Assembly: GCF_000981445.1 (NCBI RefSeq)
Contig: NC_027216.1
Location: 1,922,001-1,986,000 of the forward strand
DNA length: 64,000 nucleotides
From: Babesia bigemina
Taxonomy: Eukaryota
Direction of reading: 5' to 3'
Shown here: positions 36,845 to 49,763 of the stretch, one piece after another
Layout of the letters: the number at the start of each line of letters is the position of its first letter
Numbering within the stretch: position 1 is the stretch's first letter
Translations under genes and position numbers: made by a program
Notes under the pieces: generated by a model
What the model saw: the letters and a program-made list of their open reading frames with translations, nothing else
What the model was told of the DNA's origin: nothing
Databases searched by the model: none

Positions 36845-39800
36845 TCAGGCCTTGCTGGAGACTAACACGCGGCGCCAGAAGGCCACCGAACCCTTGGAGT
36901 CCGAAGTGACCAGCAGCGTGTCCAGACGGTTGACCGCCACCGCCACCACAGGACCCTGGTGGAACGACACGGTGTACGGCATGTTCTCCTCGAGCAGCGA
37001 GAAAATCAGCAGGTTGCGATCCTCGGACCCGGAGATGCACCACCCACCGCCGAAGCGCGAGTAGCACGAACGCACGGGCAGCGCAACGTGCGCGTTGTTG
37101 ACGGTGTAGCGGTACGTGATCTCGGAGATCTTGCCGGACGAACCCTCATACAGGCAGTTGAGGATCGTGATCTGGCCACTGCACACGTTCGCGATGATGC
37201 ACGGCGGCACGTCGGGCGACGGCGACGGCACGAAGTTCACGCAGGTCACAGGGCCACGCGATATCGACTTCGTGGTCGACAGCTTCAGGTGCAGGTCCGC
37301 CTGCGCCTCGTAGATGCAGATGGCGCCGCGCTCGTTGCCGGCGATGCAGTTGAACCGCGTGTCGTCGAACACCAGGCAGCGCAGCTCGCTCTTGGTGCGG
37401 ATCTTCTGCAGCACGGTGCCCTGGTTGTAGTGGATGATGCGCATGGTAGGGTTGGCGTTGCAGCAGATGAACAGGGTGGGGTCCACGGGGTGGAACATCA
37501 CCGCCAGACCGGGGTCGGAGTCGTTGAACACCTTTATCAGCTGGCCGGTCATCACGTTCCACGCGCGGATGGTGCAGTCCACAGAGGTGGTGACCAGCTC
37601 GTTGACCTCGACCTTGGAGAAGCACATGCACGTCACAGCCTTAGTGTGGATCGCCAGCGTGAACGACTCGGTGATCATCACGTTGTCGTTCACGGGGTGC
37701 GGCTCGGACTCGTCGAAGTTCGCGGAATTCAGCGCCAGCAGCTCCGTCTCCGTGCGGAAGCAGTGGTACAGGTTGATGGTGCCGTCGCGACGACCCACGG
37801 CGAGCACAATGTACGGGTCGCTGGGGTCCTCGGGGCGGAACGCCAGGCACGTCACCGCCGCGGTGTAGTTGTAGATGGCAGCAACGCGCTTCAGCGACAG
37901 CGGCGGCAGCTTGTAGCCCTCCTGGGCGACCAGAGTGGGGACCAGCAGCTTGTTCTGGAAGCCAGAGTAGTTCACGCCTGCCCAGAAGTTTCGGAACTTC
38001 TCGTAGAACAGCGACAACGCGCCCCGGTTAGGCGTCCTGCCGGACTTGGAACCGTCGTTCGCGCCAGCCGCGCGCTGGCCACGCTTCCCCTCGACGTACG
38101 CCGTCACCTGCTCCACGAACTCCATCAGGTCGCGGATGCGCATGTACAGCAGCTCGTTCTCCACGGCGAACGTCTGCACCTGGTTTATGTCGCACACGAT
38201 GGGACGCGCGGACTCCAGAATGATGTAGTCGTTCTGCACGAGGCAGATCCTCGTGTTCTTGCAGTCCACCAGCTGCTTCAGCATTTTCACGATCACGCGA
38301 GCGTCCTCGTAGGTCTGCTGGTTGCCGGGGTCGAAGCAAATCGCGACCAGGTGGGCGTTACGCAGGATCGTGCGGGCCTCGTCGCTGTCGAAGTAGGACC
38401 CGGGGATCTCGGTGACTGAAATCGGATGGCCCGGGTTGACCGCGAAGTCAAACACAGCGGGCGCCACCCTGCGCTTGCGTGAACGCGCCTCATCAGCGCT
38501 GCGCAGCAGCTCCAGGTTCTTGTCGTCGCCCTTCTTAATCAGCGCCATCTCCAGGAGACGCGTCTTGCCGCAGCCGGGAGGGCCGCATAGCACTATATCC
38601 GCGGTTTGCTCGATTGACCTAGTGCGCGTGCCGGGCGGGGAACGGATGGAGCGGCCGGATGGTTTATCCGACTTTATGCTGCCGGTGCGAGGAGCGGCGG
38701 CAGCGGCGCTGGAGTCGCCAGGGGCCTTGTCGCCGCCCTGGCCGCCGAGCACGTTGCTCAGCCAGTCGGACTGGCTGCTGGAGACCGCCTCCTTGCTGAC
38801 GAACTCCTTAATCATGCGCAGGTCGGTCTGGGCCTTCTGCGTGTTGGTTTCCGCCTCGTGCAACCGCTCGGCCAGCCCGTCGCGCTCCTTAGTCAGGCTC
38901 TCGACGCGGCCCTTGAGCTCCTCAAGCGATTTCTCGATGGTCGACAGCTTCGCGGTGAGCTGCAGCACCCTCGCCTCAGCGTCCGCGCGCATGGCCTTCT
39001 CCTTCTTCAGGTCCTCCTCGAGCGCCTGAGCGCGCTTGATCACGTTACCGAGGTCCTTGGCCTCCATGCGCAGCGACCGCAGCGTACGCCTCGCGCAGAT
39101 GGAACGCCAACGCAGCTGCGCCTTGATCGTGGCGCTGCGCAGCTCCAGGTAGTAGCACCGGCACTTGTAACCCTTCCACGCAGCCTGCAGCTTAGTCGCC
39201 ATGGTGTGGATGCGCTTCTCCTCGGTCTGCACGCGCGAGTTGACTGAGCGCCACAGCGACTGCAGACGCGACACCTTGTCCCGCAGCTCGCGCATCAGCT
39301 TGCGCTGCACGTACATGCGGTACATGCTCTGGATGAGCAGGATCGCCTGGGTGCGGATCGCCCTCTGGCGCTGCAGCTTCTTTATCTTGTAGCGCACCCA
39401 GATCTGGAAGGTGCGGATGCTCCACAGCGCCTCCAAATAACGCCTGCGCTGGATGTTGCGGCGCACGCGGGCCTGGATGACGATGGCGCGGCTGTTACGC
39501 AGGCTCTGCATGGCCAGGCACACCTGCTCGTACGGGCCGTTCTTCATGAAGATCAGAGTCTTGCCGATCGCGAGCGAACCCTCCTCGGGCGGCTTCGAGG
39601 TCATGTAGCGGGTCACGAGGATGTCGAGCACGAACTCGCCCTGCTTGCGCTTGTCCTCGATATTAAGGGCGGACTCGGCCTCCTTCGCCTCCAGCAGGTA
39701 GCGGAAGCTGTGGAACAGCTCGGCGTGCGGGAAGCGGACCGGGTACCCGGCACGGGACACCTGCACCACCTGCAGCATACCGCTGCAGCGCAGTTGCGAG

Positions 39801-42019
39801 TCCACCGTCTTCCGGTCGAAGTGGTTCGGCCGGCACTCCGGGCTGGGCTTTATGCACCTGATGAAGTGCGGGTTGGTGGCGCCGATCTTGGTCATCAGCG
39901 AGTCCAGCTGGCCAGAGAACTGGGTGCAGATGGTCTTCTGCTTCGTGACGCCGCCGGCACGACCGCCGGCGCGAACGGTGGAGGCCTTCTTGTCGATGTA
40001 CGACTGGAATATGCTGCGCATCTCGTCGATCTTGGTCGACAGAATGAACGACACCGCGTCATTCGACAGCTGGTCCTTGTTCTTCTCCAGGAAGCCGTCG
40101 ATCTTGTACTGCACGGCGCCGGCGAAGTGGTTGACCACGAAGCTGCTCTGGTCGAGCTTCACCTTCGCGAAACGCGCGTTGTTGGAGTGGCGCTGCACCA
40201 CCTTGTTGCAGAGCGACTGGTCGCGCCCGCCGGGCAGGTTGCACTCCTCGTCGATCATGGCGAACAGGCCGTACGGCCGGCTCTTGAACAGGTCAACGCA
40301 GTCGGAGTTGTCGGGGAAGTCGAGCGCGTTCCACGAGATGCCCTCAGCGGAGTACAGCTCCTCCTCGCAGCGGAACACGAAGTTGTTGAAGAAGTTCTGC
40401 AGAGTCTCGTTGGTGAAGTTGATGCACAGCTGCTCGAACGAGTTGTGCTTGAAGCACTCGAAACCGAAGATATCCAAAATGCCAGTCGTCAGATTCGCGT
40501 CGGGCACGTAGCCGATCGACTCGTTCACGCGCTCCACCAGGTGGTCGAACAGCATGCTGTACACGTTCTTCGCGATGGCGTCCCTGACGTCGCACGCCTC
40601 ATCGACGCGCAGCGGCTTCGTGTACATCTCGTTCGCGGTCTTGATGGTGCGCGTCATCAGCGCGTTCATCAGCGACACGCTGTCCACGTTCAGCAAGGTG
40701 GTCACCGTCTGGCAGTGACCCGCCTCCATGTTGCTGATCATCGCGCCCTCGCTGCCTTTCTCCACGAACTCGATGTTGCTCAGGTGCAGCACGGTCGCCA
40801 CGATGTCGAACACCACGCGCACCTGCTCCTGACTGAACCCGACGGTGCGCAGCGCAGCGAGCGTCTCATCGAACGTGGGCAGGTCGAAGTCGCGCTCGGA
40901 GTCCGCCGGCACGATGCGGAAGGAGCCACGGAACGCAGCCAAATCGAACTCCCACGGCGTCCCAGATTGCGCTCCCGACGATTCGGGATGAGCGAACGAG
41001 TATTTGTCGCCGCGGGTGGCGGCCGCGGTGAGCTGGTGGAAGATGTGGTAGTTGCGCTCACCATCCTGCTGCTGGCAGATGCGGACCTTCTCCAGCAGGT
41101 ACGTCTCGATGCGCGCGCCCACCAGCCTGGCCTTTATAGGGCTTTCCTTGCGGTACTGCAGCTCGATGAACTTGCCGAAACGCGAACTGTTCGCGTTCCT
41201 CACGGTAGACGCGTTACCGAACGACTCCAGCAGCGGGTTGGATTCAAGCACCTTCACCTCAGCCGGCGACTTCTTTTCCATGCTCTCGGCGCCTGCGATG
41301 GCCAAAAACTTCATCGCGAACTTCGTGGACTCGGTCTTGCCGGCGCCGGACTCGCCGCTGATGAGGATCGTCTGCGACTGCTCATTCTTAGTCATGTTGT
41401 TGTACGCATCCCTCGCCACTCCGAACACGTGCGGGACACCATGGTCGCGCAGCTCGAGGTAGCGGACGATAGTCTCATCGTCGTACAGGCCCTTTATCGT
41501 CTTGAACGGGTTAACGGCGATGAGAATCTTCCCGGTCAACGTGTAAATGTCGTCCACGGAGAAACGGCAGTCCAGCGCGTGCAGCACCGACGCCTCGTGC
41601 AAATACGTCAGGTTACAAAGGTCATCCGGGTAGCCGCTTGGGGTGTTGAACCGATCTGTTGCAATGTGCAGGGTCAACACAGGGACACGGCGGCGGCCCA
41701 TACACACCCATGGCAAAATACCACACACCACGCATATACGCAGCCAAAATGGCACCAATCGCCGCCTAAATGCCGCATGAACAAGCAAACCAACCTTCGG
41801 TGTGAGGGTGGTACTTATTTCCGCCCTTCAGCTCCACGAGCTCGCCAGGCTCCGCTCCCTTCACGCGCACGAACACCTTCCCATCGCTGATGCTGTCCAC
41901 GACGGCCTCCTGCCAGACCTGCGCAGCACATCAGCCGCGCGGATGCCAACACATACCTCCGTCTCCGAGCTAACGAAGAGGTGCGTGCCCACGGCCATGG
42001 ACGACGCAATCTCCGCCAT
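36845..42019 (-). CDS. MyoF: Myosin F (class XXII type): motor, IQ motifs, coiled coil, GTPase-like insert, WD40 tail
   Basis: GESGAGKT, LLESFGNA, NSSRFGKF, LDIFGFE, FEQLCINF, PHFIRCIKP; IQ repeats; C-terminal WD40. Two 5' introns link to ATG 42019 (MAEIASSMAVGTHLFV). Confidence 0.93.
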
Positions 42020-42257
42020 TCTGACACATTTATCCCAGGATACTCTATATGGCTGTGGGTGCGATTGTACGGGTGATGTGTACGGCCGGGCGCTGCAACC
42101 CGATCGAATGCACGACGCTGGACATACACAGGGGTCCCACGTGCAGATGGAAATTTCGCCTAACACGGGCAGACGCGACTGCACGGGCAATGCAGTCGTC
42201 TACCGCACTGTTTTAGCGATAAAAAAAGACACGGCAGCTTCCGGTGGAATTATAAAA

Positions 42258-42328
42258 TGCGCTAGCCGGGACTCGAACCCGGGCCCCAACCTTGGGAGGG
42301 TTGGATCTTACCCCTAGACCACTAGCGC
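42258..42328 (-). tRNA. trnG-CCC: tRNA-Gly (anticodon CCC)
   Basis: GCGCTAG/CTAGCGC acceptor stem; anticodon arm CAACC-CTCCCAA-GGTTG; GGTTCGAGTCC T-loop; TTTT Pol III terminator immediately downstream. Confidence 0.95.
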
Positions 42329-42927
42329 TACGCCGAGGGCCCGAATTTTAGCTTTAAGATCCACTGTATAATGTTGTGACACGACGAAAAACAGCATACG
42401 CTGTGGGCATGGTCACTCAAAATTAACAACTGCCCATAAACATAGAGTGCAAATGTTTACTGTGTAAATTTGGCGACGGTGTTGGAATCCCCGCAACTTG
42501 CTGGCGGATCGTTGTATTGTCTCGTGAGCGGCATTTTTGTCGAGGCGACGCTGAAAATTTGGCCAAAGGGGTTTTTGTTCAGCGCCGTCCATAACTGGCG
42601 CGACTGTGTTGCATCGCAGGGTGGGCTGCACATCGGACGGCCCTGCCCGCCATCGACGTCTGTGGTGACGTTGCCTACGCCCCTCGATTAGTTGCGGCGC
42701 TATCGATGCTCAGGGAGCTTGCTCCTGTCGCGTTTCGGCAATGTGTGCATATCGTGAAGCGTAGCGGCGACGCCCGCGGTTTCGGAGACCCTAGACAAAC
42801 GGTAGTTGCAGCGTGTATGATCCAAAGTCGCCTCGGCAACATGGCCGGAAATTTGGAAAACTGACTGTACCAATGCCAATATGGCCGTCGTGACTGGCAT
42901 GTCAGCAGCAGAAGCACGTGCCAGACG

Positions 42928-45900
42928 ATGACGCAGAATCTTAATGAAAACTGGATGAAGGAACTTGCCGCTGGCAGCACCTATGCGTCCCCGTACATCA
43001 GCGATGTCCTGTACGACGAAATAGTAGCGGTACCGGTCGTGGAAGCGATCGAGTGTGTGCTTGCGGGCGACCTCCTTCGGAAGTGGAGGCGCGGGCAGCC
43101 GCTGACGACGAAAAAGCAAGGACGCGGTGCCAAACCGCAAACGCAGGAGGCCGCCGAAAACAACGCCAGCTACCTCGCAGTGCAGCCGTCTTCGCGCTCA
43201 CACGAGCGCTACTTCTGGGTCTCGTGCGTATGCGGAACCTTCTTCCTCCGATGGGACTCGTGGCGGAAGCACCCCAATGAGACCGTGTTCGCGCTGTGCG
43301 GGCTCGACACTATCAGGCGCGGAGACGAGATATCGAGCTTCGACAACAAGACCAAGCCGGATGCCAAGGAAAAGCTGGTGTTCGTCCTCTCCGGGGCATT
43401 CTCGCTGCGGCTGGCGGCTGCGACCCCGAGACACGCGCTGCTATGGATCTCCGGGCTGTACCACATCGCGCGCCACGCTCGCGATGTGTATGCGCGCGCC
43501 TGGATAGCAAACTCCAACAAAATCGCAACCTGGTTCGCCGCCCGCGAACCCGACGGCATACCCACCTTCCAGTCCAAGACCATCGAGCAGGAGCTAGCGA
43601 GGAAAGGAAATTCGCTGGCAGAACTCGTTGCTGCAAATAAACGCAGTCGCGGACAGGAAGGAAAAGATATGCCCAGCACGGTCGACGAGGTGGTGCAAAA
43701 GCTCACCGACCTTAACATCGTGAAGCGCAGCGACGTGGTGGAGCCCGTGATTGCCGTGGTCAAAGATATACTGGCAACCCGCGAGTCGTGGCTGCACAAA
43801 CTCATACACGGCCTCATCAAGTCCGATTACGACGACGTCGACAACCTCGTGAGGTTTGTGGCGGATTGCGCCTACCACCTTGAGGCGATGGACGCGGACA
43901 TCGAGTCGTCGAAGAAGGCGATCTTTGTATTAGACGACTATATGTCGCAAGATGAGGTCATTAAGTTGATGTTCGATGTCGTAAAGCACTACTCCATCGT
44001 GGCCAACGTCTTGGGGCCGGAAGATTATCCCGACCAACGGAGGCCGTCTCGGGTGGCGCGCAGCCTCAGCAATAACACGCCACAGCAAAATCACGGGAAA
44101 TCGCTGAATGGTAGTCAAGCTAAGAAAGATAACAATGCGGAAAACGGAGATAATGTTTGTATTGGTGAAGGTAGTGGCCCGTTGGCCAAGGAAAAGAAGA
44201 AAAGCAACTTCTTGAAAGGTTGGCAACGGTTCAGGAGAGCGCGTGACGTGGATGGGCTATTGGACGCGGATTCGTCGGCGGCTGTGTGGGCGTCTTCGGG
44301 CGCTCCCAAGCGGGGCAACTGGATGGAAAATGAAGTCGACCCTCTGAGGCCCATAGAGAACGATCAATACCAAAGGTTCTTGCAGAATGTACAGGGGGCC
44401 AACGGGGCGGAAACTACGGAAAACCTCTTAGGTATAGTAGAAAAGGATGCCAAACCGCCATTCACGGCGGCAAAATTCGTGGAAACGAAGTACAGCCAGG
44501 GGTGCTGCATGAGGGCAGCACCCGGACAGTCCATACCGGTCAAAATGCTCACAATCATGGGGTTCCACTGGTCGCTTTCCCAGAAGTTTAACACCGCGGC
44601 AATGCCGCAGGACGCGGAGGAAATAGCGCACATGCTGCAGTACCCGCTGACCTCGTTCTGGATCGCAAGTTCCCACAACACGTACCTTGCAGGGAGCCAG
44701 GTGGGCGGGGCGGCCACCGCCGGGGCGCTCGCGGATGCGCTGATTAGGGGATGCCGTTGCATCGAACTCGACTGCCAAGATGGCGCTAACGGCGAGCCCA
44801 TGCTCTGCCACTCCTGGAAAAATTGCCAGCTCACCGGCTCGATCACGCTCAGGGAGGCGCTACTCGCCTGTAAAGAGACTGCATTCAGCACATCCAAGCT
44901 GCCTGTCATACTCTCAATGCAGATGACGGGCAGCGAAGAATGCAAGGCCAAGACTGCCCAACTCTGCAAGGAGATACTGGGTGACAACCTATACGTGCCA
45001 CACCCCAATGACCCAGTGGATCACGTCGCGTCGGTGCCCATCGGTTGCCTGCTCTCGAAGTTCATCATCAAGGGGAAGATGCACACGGACCCCGCGGTGA
45101 AGAATGCGAAGTTGGACGGCGAATGGATGTCGGTGGTGGCCCTCCACGGATTCAGGATTTCCGAGGTCACGCCGGACAACATCTCACACGCCAAGCGTAA
45201 CGACATGTACAGTATGAACGAGGGGAAATTCGCCAAAATATCTGCGGACTCGGAGTTCGTGATAAAGCTGGCGGATATATCGATGCTGAGGGTATTCCCG
45301 TCGGGCACCAGGCTATCCAGCACCAACTTCTGCCCGCTGAATGCCTGGGCGGCGGGCGTGCACTGCGTGGCCATGAACTACCAGTCGTGCGACAGGTCCA
45401 TGCTGATCAACTACGGGAAGTTCAACCAGAGTTTCGGGTATGTGCTGAAACCGCCGGAGCTGCGGCCCGTCACCTTCCGCCAGGACGAGTGTACGGACTA
45501 CTTCTGCCACAAGCCGATAAGGCTCAAGATACACGTTCTGTCCGCGTCACAGCTTTCACCGCCAAACGAAGGACTCGAGCAAACCAACTTTGCCAACGCA
45601 TTGGGGAATGTGTTGTACTCCATACAGCAAGGCGGAGTGGAGGTCGACATGGACAAGGTAGCGGCGGAGATCGGCAAGCCCCGAAAGAATAAGCGAAATG
45701 TGAGACGGGAACGGCGCGAATACTGGTCCCCAGCGGAGGATAGCCTCAAGAGCGATGGCGCGGATAGCAGCGATACTAACAATTTGATCCAGAGGTCGTC
45801 AAGCATCGTTGCCTCGCGGGCTGATCCATGCTGTCCGTTTGTAGAGGTTGCGGTGGTGGGTGAAAATGAGCGCGTGCAGCGAACTGACATTGTAAGCTAC

Positions 45901-46152
45901 AACGGGTTCAATCCGGTATGGGCGGACACCTCGCCGCCATTCGAGTTCGTTGTGAAGCGACCCAACCTCTCCATCCTGCTCCTCACAGTCAAGCACTACG
46001 ACAACATGGGTGCGCAGCTCATTGCGCAGTCTGCGCTGCCCATCAACCGCATCCGACCGGGGATCAGGTGGGTGCAGCTGCTCGACCAGCGTTTCATTGA
46101 AATCGACTGCTGCGGCCTCTTGCTGCACATCGATATTGAGTATATCGACTGA
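42928..46152 (+). CDS. PI-PLC: Phosphoinositide-specific phospholipase C (PH-like, X, Y and C2 domains)
   Basis: IASSHNTYL, RGCRCIELDC, IIKGK, RVFPSGTRLSSTNF, VAMNYQ, GYVLKP, NGFNPVW. Single 1074-aa ORF. Confidence 0.92.
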   Translation: MTQNLNENWMKELAAGSTYASPYISDVLYDEIVAVPVVEAIECVLAGDLLRKWRRGQPLTTKKQGRGAKPQTQEAAENNASYLAVQPSSRSHERYFWVSCVCGTFFLRWDSWRKHPNETVFALCGLDTIRRGDEISSFDNKTKPDAKEKLVFVLSGAFSLRLAAATPRHALLWISGLYHIARHARDVYARAWIANSNKIATWFAAREPDGIPTFQSKTIEQELARKGNSLAELVAANKRSRGQEGKDMPSTVDEVVQKLTDLNIVKRSDVVEPVIAVVKDILATRESWLHKLIHGLIKSDYDDVDNLVRFVADCAYHLEAMDADIESSKKAIFVLDDYMSQDEVIKLMFDVVKHYSIVANVLGPEDYPDQRRPSRVARSLSNNTPQQNHGKSLNGSQAKKDNNAENGDNVCIGEGSGPLAKEKKKSNFLKGWQRFRRARDVDGLLDADSSAAVWASSGAPKRGNWMENEVDPLRPIENDQYQRFLQNVQGANGAETTENLLGIVEKDAKPPFTAAKFVETKYSQGCCMRAAPGQSIPVKMLTIMGFHWSLSQKFNTAAMPQDAEEIAHMLQYPLTSFWIASSHNTYLAGSQVGGAATAGALADALIRGCRCIELDCQDGANGEPMLCHSWKNCQLTGSITLREALLACKETAFSTSKLPVILSMQMTGSEECKAKTAQLCKEILGDNLYVPHPNDPVDHVASVPIGCLLSKFIIKGKMHTDPAVKNAKLDGEWMSVVALHGFRISEVTPDNISHAKRNDMYSMNEGKFAKISADSEFVIKLADISMLRVFPSGTRLSSTNFCPLNAWAAGVHCVAMNYQSCDRSMLINYGKFNQSFGYVLKPPELRPVTFRQDECTDYFCHKPIRLKIHVLSASQLSPPNEGLEQTNFANALGNVLYSIQQGGVEVDMDKVAAEIGKPRKNKRNVRRERREYWSPAEDSLKSDGADSSDTNNLIQRSSSIVASRADPCCPFVEVAVVGENERVQRTDIVSYNGFNPVWADTSPPFEFVVKRPNLSILLLTVKHYDNMGAQLIAQSALPINRIRPGIRWVQLLDQRFIEIDCCGLLLHIDIEYID

Positions 46153-46612
46153 CTGTTGTGTTCCGTATGTAGCGCACGGCGCAAATAAACACAGTTTAAT
46201 TGTATCTATGTTGTTGTAATAGCTGTTAGAGGGGTTACCGTTACCCAGCTCCAATTGCCATGGGCCGTATTATTCACCTCATGGCAAAAAAAAGAATCGT
46301 GTTGGTGTTGTGACTGAGTACGTTAGATGTTGATGCCGGGCGCCCACTTCTGTGAGCTGGGAATTTTTGTTGCCGTGATCCCTGTGTTGCGGAGCCCCAA
46401 AGGATGTGCCAAGGGTACACTTATCATGCAGATTAAATCTGCACATATCTGGGGTGGAAGCGAGCCTATACGATTGTATGTGTGTGCGTGTGTCATGAGA
46501 CTTCAATAGCAGCGAAGCGCCTTATTGCCATCCCATTCGTGAGGGCCTGTTCTTGAGATGCCATCGGCTTCTCAGTTGTCCAGTAGTGTACAATGTCAAT
46601 AGCCGTTCCAAA

Positions 46613-48266
46613 TCAATTGCCAGGCACTTCTGTCCATGTAGGCGTCCGACGAAGGTTGTTGTTTTCCGGAACGCTATCGGTATCCACGTCGGTCGCACCG
46701 TAGAACCGTGGGGTCTCAGGGTGTAATACGTGTTCCTGTTTGGCTATTTCCAGCCTGGCTTGCCGTTGCTTTGACTTGAATCTGTATCCGCTGATAAGTG
46801 CCGATACCAGGCTGATCACTGCTATTATCGTTAGCGACATGACCATTGCTTTTTGCTGATAGGTCACCAGAGCGTCTGTAGTCATGCACTCGGCGTAATC
46901 CTCAAACCGCACTGCAGACAACTCCTTTCGTAGTTTCTGCACCGAACTGACGTACGCGAGCCATAATCCCAGCAGATAATCCACACGAGTGACCTCTTTA
47001 CCGCGAAGAGCCTCGGGGAGTGCGCTTTCACTCATGGATCTAGGAACAATCATACGCTTCATCAAGGACAGATATGGGCCCACAACATCATTGCCTAAAT
47101 ACGTATCCAATCCCTCATTGGTGTCAGGTGGACTTCCCGCCTTGTGCTCCATCGAATACGAGGAGTGGTGCACAGCTCCACAGGCCAGTAGTAACACAGA
47201 CTGTTGATATGGATGCATTCCGTTGGCGTACACATTGTGATGCTCCCACAGGTAATCCTCGAATGTCAATCGGGCGTGGGTATCCAGCATCTCTGGAGCT
47301 ACACAGCAGTCACGCCACTCGTCATGCAGGAATCCGACACTCTCAGCCTTGGAGCTCAAACACGCGTGGCATGATTTGTATACAGATGTGTCTTTGTCCA
47401 ACGTAAACTGTATGCCGATGTCTCGTTTCGTAATTTTTATGGTCAGCAAGGAGGCGATTTGTACCCACGAACCACGAGTACGGTGAACGAGCACTGTCAA
47501 GTCTTCCTCGTAGTTTATGCACCTCCGATAACCCAAAACGACAAAATCAGGCGTAGCGTTCGCCAAAGACAGCACATCGTATTGTTTCGATGTGTCAGCG
47601 TACTTCTTACGTAGGTCTAGGTACAGGGAGAGCTTGCCCACCTCGTCGTACACGTTCGTTGTCAGGTCGTGCAGCGGAGTTAGCGAGTAGTCGAATTCAC
47701 ATGTATAATGCGTTGAACCTGGCGAGCCGTCACCAAGACCGATTCTGAACATGCGCTTTTGCAGGACCCTGTCTACAGCAAAGCGAACGGTGTCCCAACG
47801 TGCCCGATGGCGCTCCGGGTGGAACTTGAGTGACTTGTAAATGTCGCGATGAGTATAAATGAGGTACGCCATCTCAGAATTGCTGTTTATTTCTCTGAAT
47901 CCTCGCATGCGGGCCAGGCGGTTGTACTCGGCAATCTGACGCTGGGTGAGGGGCTTATTTCATATAACATACGTCCACAACTGCTGCAGAAATTCCAGGA
48001 TGTGTCGCTATTTCTTCAGGTATGGCGTTTATAAAGTGGTTTCGAACCTTCCTGTAAAGGGATGCCTTCTACGACGTGAACACTTACTCCCTGGAATCCG
48101 AATCAAGTGACGCATACGTGTCCGAGATCCCCTGTTCTCCCACGTACTCAGCTGATACCGTGCGCACGTAATCATCTGGAGTGCAAGCGGCGGGTATTAA
48201 TGCAGTAGACAAGACAAGTGCTACACATTTGATGCAACGGCTCAGATTGCCGTCCTTAACACCCAT
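46613..48266 (-). CDS. Three-exon type I membrane protein of unknown family
   Basis: Leader VALVLSTALIPAAC. Introns 48052-48087 and ~47936-47972 splice in frame into the 431-aa ORF. C-terminal TM MVMSLTIIAVISLVSALISGY followed by RFKSK. Confidence 0.75.
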
Positions 48267-48881
48267 TATATAAGGGTACCCCCGAGAATACTGTGCACCC
48301 ATCTTGTCACAGCGCGATCTAGAGAACGCATATCATGCGAAATCTGCACATTATAAGTTTTGTTTTGGTGAGGATATCGCAGTGTGTTACACATCTGCAT
48401 GAGACAGGGGTGTGTGTATGATCTTCCGCACTTTTCCCCGCAATTGACCGCAAACATACAACAGTCGCAGTGCCATAGCGTAGTGTGTAGAATGCAAATG
48501 GTTGCTTGTGTGTGTCTGTAGGAAAATGATGATTCTTATATCACGTCACATGCAGTGACATTGTGTGGAGACGCGTGGACTTTTTCGGTTGACCAGTCTG
48601 AGTCAAGGTGTTGCTCTTAAACCTAATCTATCTGATGTATAAAACATCATTTGCCAACTTAGATATCACATGCGCGTACTGCCGACGTAACGTGAACCTA
48701 CCCATGTTTAGCAACGGCCAATATGAAGAGAATGCTTATTTATAAATACTTAAGTTACGGGAACTGTTTCTGAATTACTCCTGCTAGGCATATGCCCAAT
48801 CTGTTTGATCACAGGCAACACCACATTGACATCGGATGTGACATGGCTACTGTGGGACTATGTGGACTTGGTTACCCGTGG

Positions 48882-49112
48882 TTATTTGTTGGATGGAAGG
48901 CTTGGAGATTTTCGGAACATATTGGAGAACACGTCCGTTTCCAATGCCAAAAGCCCGACGTTGAAACATATGGCGAATATTAAGAACGAGCAAACAACGC
49001 CTATTAAAACGCCAATTAAAATAGACATTTTGCAATTCATTTTGCACTCGCCCTGGCCCTGGCCCGCACCACTGCTGGCAGACGATGCAGAACAAGCACA
49101 CGTGTTTCCCAT
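48882..49112 (-). CDS. Small Cys-containing single-TM protein (76 aa), cluster member 1
   Basis: MGNTCACS...CKMNCK then TM SILIGVLIGVVCSFLIFAICF. Same gaagATG start context as members 2 and 3. Confidence 0.6.
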   Translation of the reverse strand: MGNTCACSASSASSGAGQGQGECKMNCKMSILIGVLIGVVCSFLIFAICFNVGLLALETDVFSNMFRKSPSLPSNK

Positions 49113-49763
49113 CTTCTCCCAACTCACTTGACAATCAATCCTGCACAGCAATGAACAACGCACCTTAACTGTCAAACACCCTCAACCAGCTGAAGGTATA
49201 CGATGACCATACCCCTACCCCTACCATGCCATCCACGTTGTGCTGGGGCAGCCGTGATTGCAGACCTCACAACGCTGACAAACCATCCGTTCCACTACCA
49301 GCATGCATTATGTTGGTACTTCCATAACAAGTGAAGAAGGGACGGCACTTCAATGTACATTATCCCAGACCACTGCAGCAACCCCACCTATAATCTGCTT
49401 CGTTCCAATATATGGATGCAGCACTGAGCGCCTGGCTGAGCTGCGGCACGTGATTGCCATTGTACTGGTTACTACAATGTTGCCACTACTAACGCCATCA
49501 TACTCACATAACACTGGTCACGTAAATGATGGCCCGTCACGTCACATGGTGCATCACCCATCAGGTAACCAGCTGGATTACCATCCGATCAGTTCCACTT
49601 TTTTCTAGAGATGAGGTCACCAACCCCAACAAATTAACTAGCACGGCGCCATATCAGCAGATTTGCGTAGACTAAATGCTTGCTGGTTGGGTGAGGCTGT
49701 GGTATCGTAGAGGGATGGGCGGTGCGTGAGGTGCAGGTTTTGCACCCGTTCTCAAACTCCTTA

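Noticed and set aside
36959..41890. 486-aa and 726-aa + strand ORFs
   Set aside because: Antisense shadows of myosin F with no independent protein features.
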